Origin: the human T2T-CHM13v2.0 reference genome, Homo sapiens
Assembly (NCBI RefSeq): GCF_009914755.1
Contig: NC_060940.1
DNA length: 64,000 nucleotides
Strand: one strand, 5' to 3'
Shown here: positions 59,888 through 64,000 of the stretch, in pieces
Numbering within the stretch: position 1 is the first letter of the stretch
How the letters are laid out: each line of letters begins with the position of its first letter
The notes under the pieces: generated by a model
What the model was told of the DNA's origin: nothing
Seen by the model: the letters and a program-made list of their open reading frames with translations, nothing else
Database searches by the model: none
Program-made: the position numbers and the translations under genes

Positions 59888-59912
59888 TTTTTTTTTTTTT
59901 TTTTTTTTTTTT
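59888..59912. repeat. T25 homopolymer (A25 in the mRNA)
   Basis: Seen directly in the sequence. Confidence 0.95.
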
Positions 59913-61752
59913 GCTTGGGATCATCACATTGAAGAGTCATTGAATTAGTAGAGAAGGGATACCATAAACTTTGTGTAGCATAACATTTCTGATTATTTAT
60001 TTGAAAAAACACTTCGGTCAGTGAAAAGAATATATATTTTTTTCACAACATTACTGTTGATTCTTCCAAAGGCCACGTTTTCAGTTTCTTTATCCAGAGA
60101 TGTATGGGGTTAATAGCAGAAATAATGCTGCTGTTAGGGGAAGGCTTTCTGACCGATGAAGTCAGTCCAAGTATAACTCTCACTCTCCCTGGAGGTCTCT
60201 GTGGCATTTGGCAGCCCCCTGGGTTTAGAGGACACCAGAGGAAGACAGAAAGCCTCTTTGGCTTGACGACAAATCACTCTTCTGTATTCTGGGAAGACTT
60301 TTTAATTCATTCATGTCAAAACATCCCAGACTCATGAGGAAATGGAGGCGATCCTTGCTGGGGTGGATTAAGGTCTGGAATGCACTGGAAGGGCAGAAGG
60401 TAGAAAGGGCTAAAAGGCTACACAGTCATGGAGATTCAGATTTAGGATCAGATGTTGGGGTGACTATTCTGGGCCCTTCGATCCAGGCTTCTCCATGGCT
60501 GGGTCTTGGGGCAGCAGAGGTACAGCATCCGGGAAATAAAATGTCATTTTCAAGCACATGCATCCCCAGCACCTAGTCAGCCCCTTCTGCCTTTCAAAAA
60601 TGAAAGGAAGCTCCTCTCACCCACTGCCTCCCTCTGTCTCCCTATGATTGACCCTGAAATTTATTGCAACCACTTTTCATTATAGGAACACTGTAGGTCA
60701 GGTGTACTTTCCCAAAGATGGAGCTATTCCATGCATCCTTGAGCTTTAAGGGAATCATCCCTGACACTTGCCCACATGCAAGAAAATAATACTTACAAAA
60801 CAGAACGCACACCATGAGGAGAAGAAATGGGATAATTTTTCAACCTGCCACTTTATCCCTTTCTTCAAGAATGTAAAGCAGAATGCAGGAGGAAACCAGG
60901 AAATGGCCAGGCGAGTCTACATTAGCTTAGTGTTTCCGTAATGGCCCAAAACAGACTGAGGTCTTCTGCAAACACTGATGGCTAGTTATCCCAAATACTT
61001 CAAAAATATTCATGTACATGAAATACACTAATTAACAGAGTAGAACTATATAAAAGGTTTAGTTAATATTATTTGCTGGTTTTATGATATTTAATTTTTA
61101 AACTAGAAAATCCTGATCTGAGAAAGTGTCATAACATAGCAACTATCTTGTCGGGGGCACTTGTTTTTGTGGCAGGCACTGTGCTAACAGGCTCCCCATG
61201 CATAAGTATTCCCCTCTCTGTCTCTAACTTAAAAAAAAAATGGATATCATTTCATGTCATATATGCACAGGTTTGAGGAGAATAAGAATGGGATAATGCA
61301 GGCGACTCAGAAATGACAAATACTTTGAGGAATTTTTCCTACATCTCTGTTGGTGCTATGAAGTGGTTTGCCACCAACAGAGAGAATAACTCAGAAGGGA
61401 GAAATTGCTTGTCTCACTAAACTGTATCCACAGTTTGGAGGATACTCAGGGTAGATCCAAGAGTGCCTCGTGTTTTGAAGGCTTTTGATTTGAGGAGTTT
61501 GGGGTGGAAGTGAGTGTCCAACAGAATTTCTGGATGTGAAGGAAGATAAACCTAAAACCATGCTAGCCTTCGGCAGACAGATGGCATTGTACTTCTTACA
61601 GATCACAGTACACATACGGCTGTTGGTGCATGTCACCACATTAACAACTCTGGGAAGAGCGATACACAGCTAATTGGACACCACCATGGCTGTTTGGAAA
61701 CGGAACGAGTTATGGTTACTCTGGGAGGGAAGGGGTAACAGATACTATACAA

Positions 61753-61759
61753 CCCTGAG
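61753..61759 (-). promoter_or_regulatory. miR-125 7mer-m8 seed site
   Basis: Plus-strand CCCTGAG reads CUCAGGG in the mRNA. Confidence 0.55.
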
Positions 61760-62204
61760 TCATCACCAGAAGGGAGGAAATGCAAACTTACGTACATAGG
61801 CGTCTTCGGGATAAACTACAATGGCCACTGTGTCACAGACAGAAGATCCACACTTAGATCTCGGAGACATAAATGTGTTAGTTTATGCAGCTCTGAACAA
61901 GACCATCGAAGCCGAGGGTGAGAGAAACACACATCAACATCCAAAGAGATTCCTGTAGCTCTCCCCACCTGAGGGTCCCTCGGGCCTTTGGCTCCAGATG
62001 TGTCTTGGAAATGAACTATAATGAAGGTAGCACAGTCATCACGAACACACTGATTTGCTATTCTTTAGGGGAGCCTGGAGTTCTTGGGGTGAGCCTGGGC
62101 TGTGATGGAAGGCATAACAAGAAAGCTGAAACTGTTACGAGCCAAACTTCCTAATCTCTTGCACATGTCAATCGCACTACAGTGCAGATGCATTCTTAAC
62201 TGTT

Positions 62205-62210
62205 TTTATT
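62205..62210 (-). terminator. Candidate proximal poly(A) signal
   Basis: AATAAA on the minus strand ~450 nt after the stop, with TGTA upstream (62227-62230). Usage is not demonstrable from sequence. Confidence 0.4.
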
Positions 62211-62239
62211 TTGTCTGTGTCAGGTTTACATGCACACCA

Positions 62240-62246
62240 TATTGCT
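62240..62246 (-). promoter_or_regulatory. miR-137 7mer-m8 seed site
   Basis: Plus-strand TATTGCT reads AGCAAUA in the mRNA. Confidence 0.55.
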
Positions 62247-62513
62247 TATTCTGTATTAGAGAAACCATTAGGCATTTCTGATGAGAAAATTACATGGTGG
62301 GCTGACCTTAATGGAATTTGGAATATAGGAAATCATAACATCACCATTGGCATCCAATGCATCATTATTGCCAACATACCCAGTAGGCATGTCCCGGAGA
62401 CTTGCCCTTATGTAGTTAGTTATTTTTGGTTAAGGACTCACCTATCTGGTGTCTGCCATGCTCAGCACACACCTCACAAGATTCCTTGAGTGGAAGATTA
62501 TGGCATGAAGCCG

Positions 62514-62521
62514 TGTGCAAA
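62514..62521 (-). promoter_or_regulatory. miR-19 8mer seed site (second copy at 56722-56729)
   Basis: Plus-strand TGTGCAAA reads UUUGCACA in the mRNA, complementary to the miR-19 seed. Confidence 0.6.
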
Positions 62522-62662
62522 AGAGCCAACAACAACAACAACAAAATACCTCCCTACATCTTCTTCCTCTTAGCAGGGCACTATTGGACATCCAACATTT
62601 ACCCTCCAGAACATTGGCCATTACGTATATTTCCCTATAGATAAAACATTAATGGAAGATTT

Positions 62663-64000
<1,338 letters not shown>

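Larger units (their letters stand above)
52920..62662 (-). other. GRIN2A: GRIN2A long 3' UTR (~9.7 kb)
   Basis: Runs from the stop codon to an AATAAA with a GU-rich downstream element. It is AT-rich and lacks Alu/L1/LTR, with an abrupt switch to LTR-dense DNA below 52865. The length agrees with the known long GRIN2A mRNA. The exact cleavage site is approximate. Confidence 0.85.

Overview
Primate (human-like) genomic DNA covering the 3' end of GRIN2A (NMDA receptor subunit GluN2A; chr16p13.2 in human, from recall) on the minus strand, plus about 53 kb of downstream intergenic DNA. Positions 62663-64000 encode the last 445 residues of the GluN2A C-terminal domain (ending SIESDV). A ~9.7 kb, transposon-poor 3' UTR follows, ending at a poly(A) signal at 52951-52956. 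A 343-nt GT-AG exitron inside this last exon (62943-63285) reproduces the known primate GluN2A-Short isoform. The rest of the window is a dense mosaic of Alu, L1, L2, MIR, MaLR/ERV LTRs and simple repeats, and the short ORFs there are not credible genes. I found no confidently novel gene system. The most unusual structures are rearrangements: two ~180-bp inverted duplications (509-689/1448-1628 and 51551-51728/52042-52220), an L1 that appears to carry both a 5' inversion and a 3' transduction inside a 13-bp TSD, a twin-primed L1 with a 19-bp TSD, and a 29-bp AT-rich minisatellite grown from an Alu tail. Repeat subfamily names come from visual recognition, not RepeatMasker, and the boundaries of old repeats are approximate.
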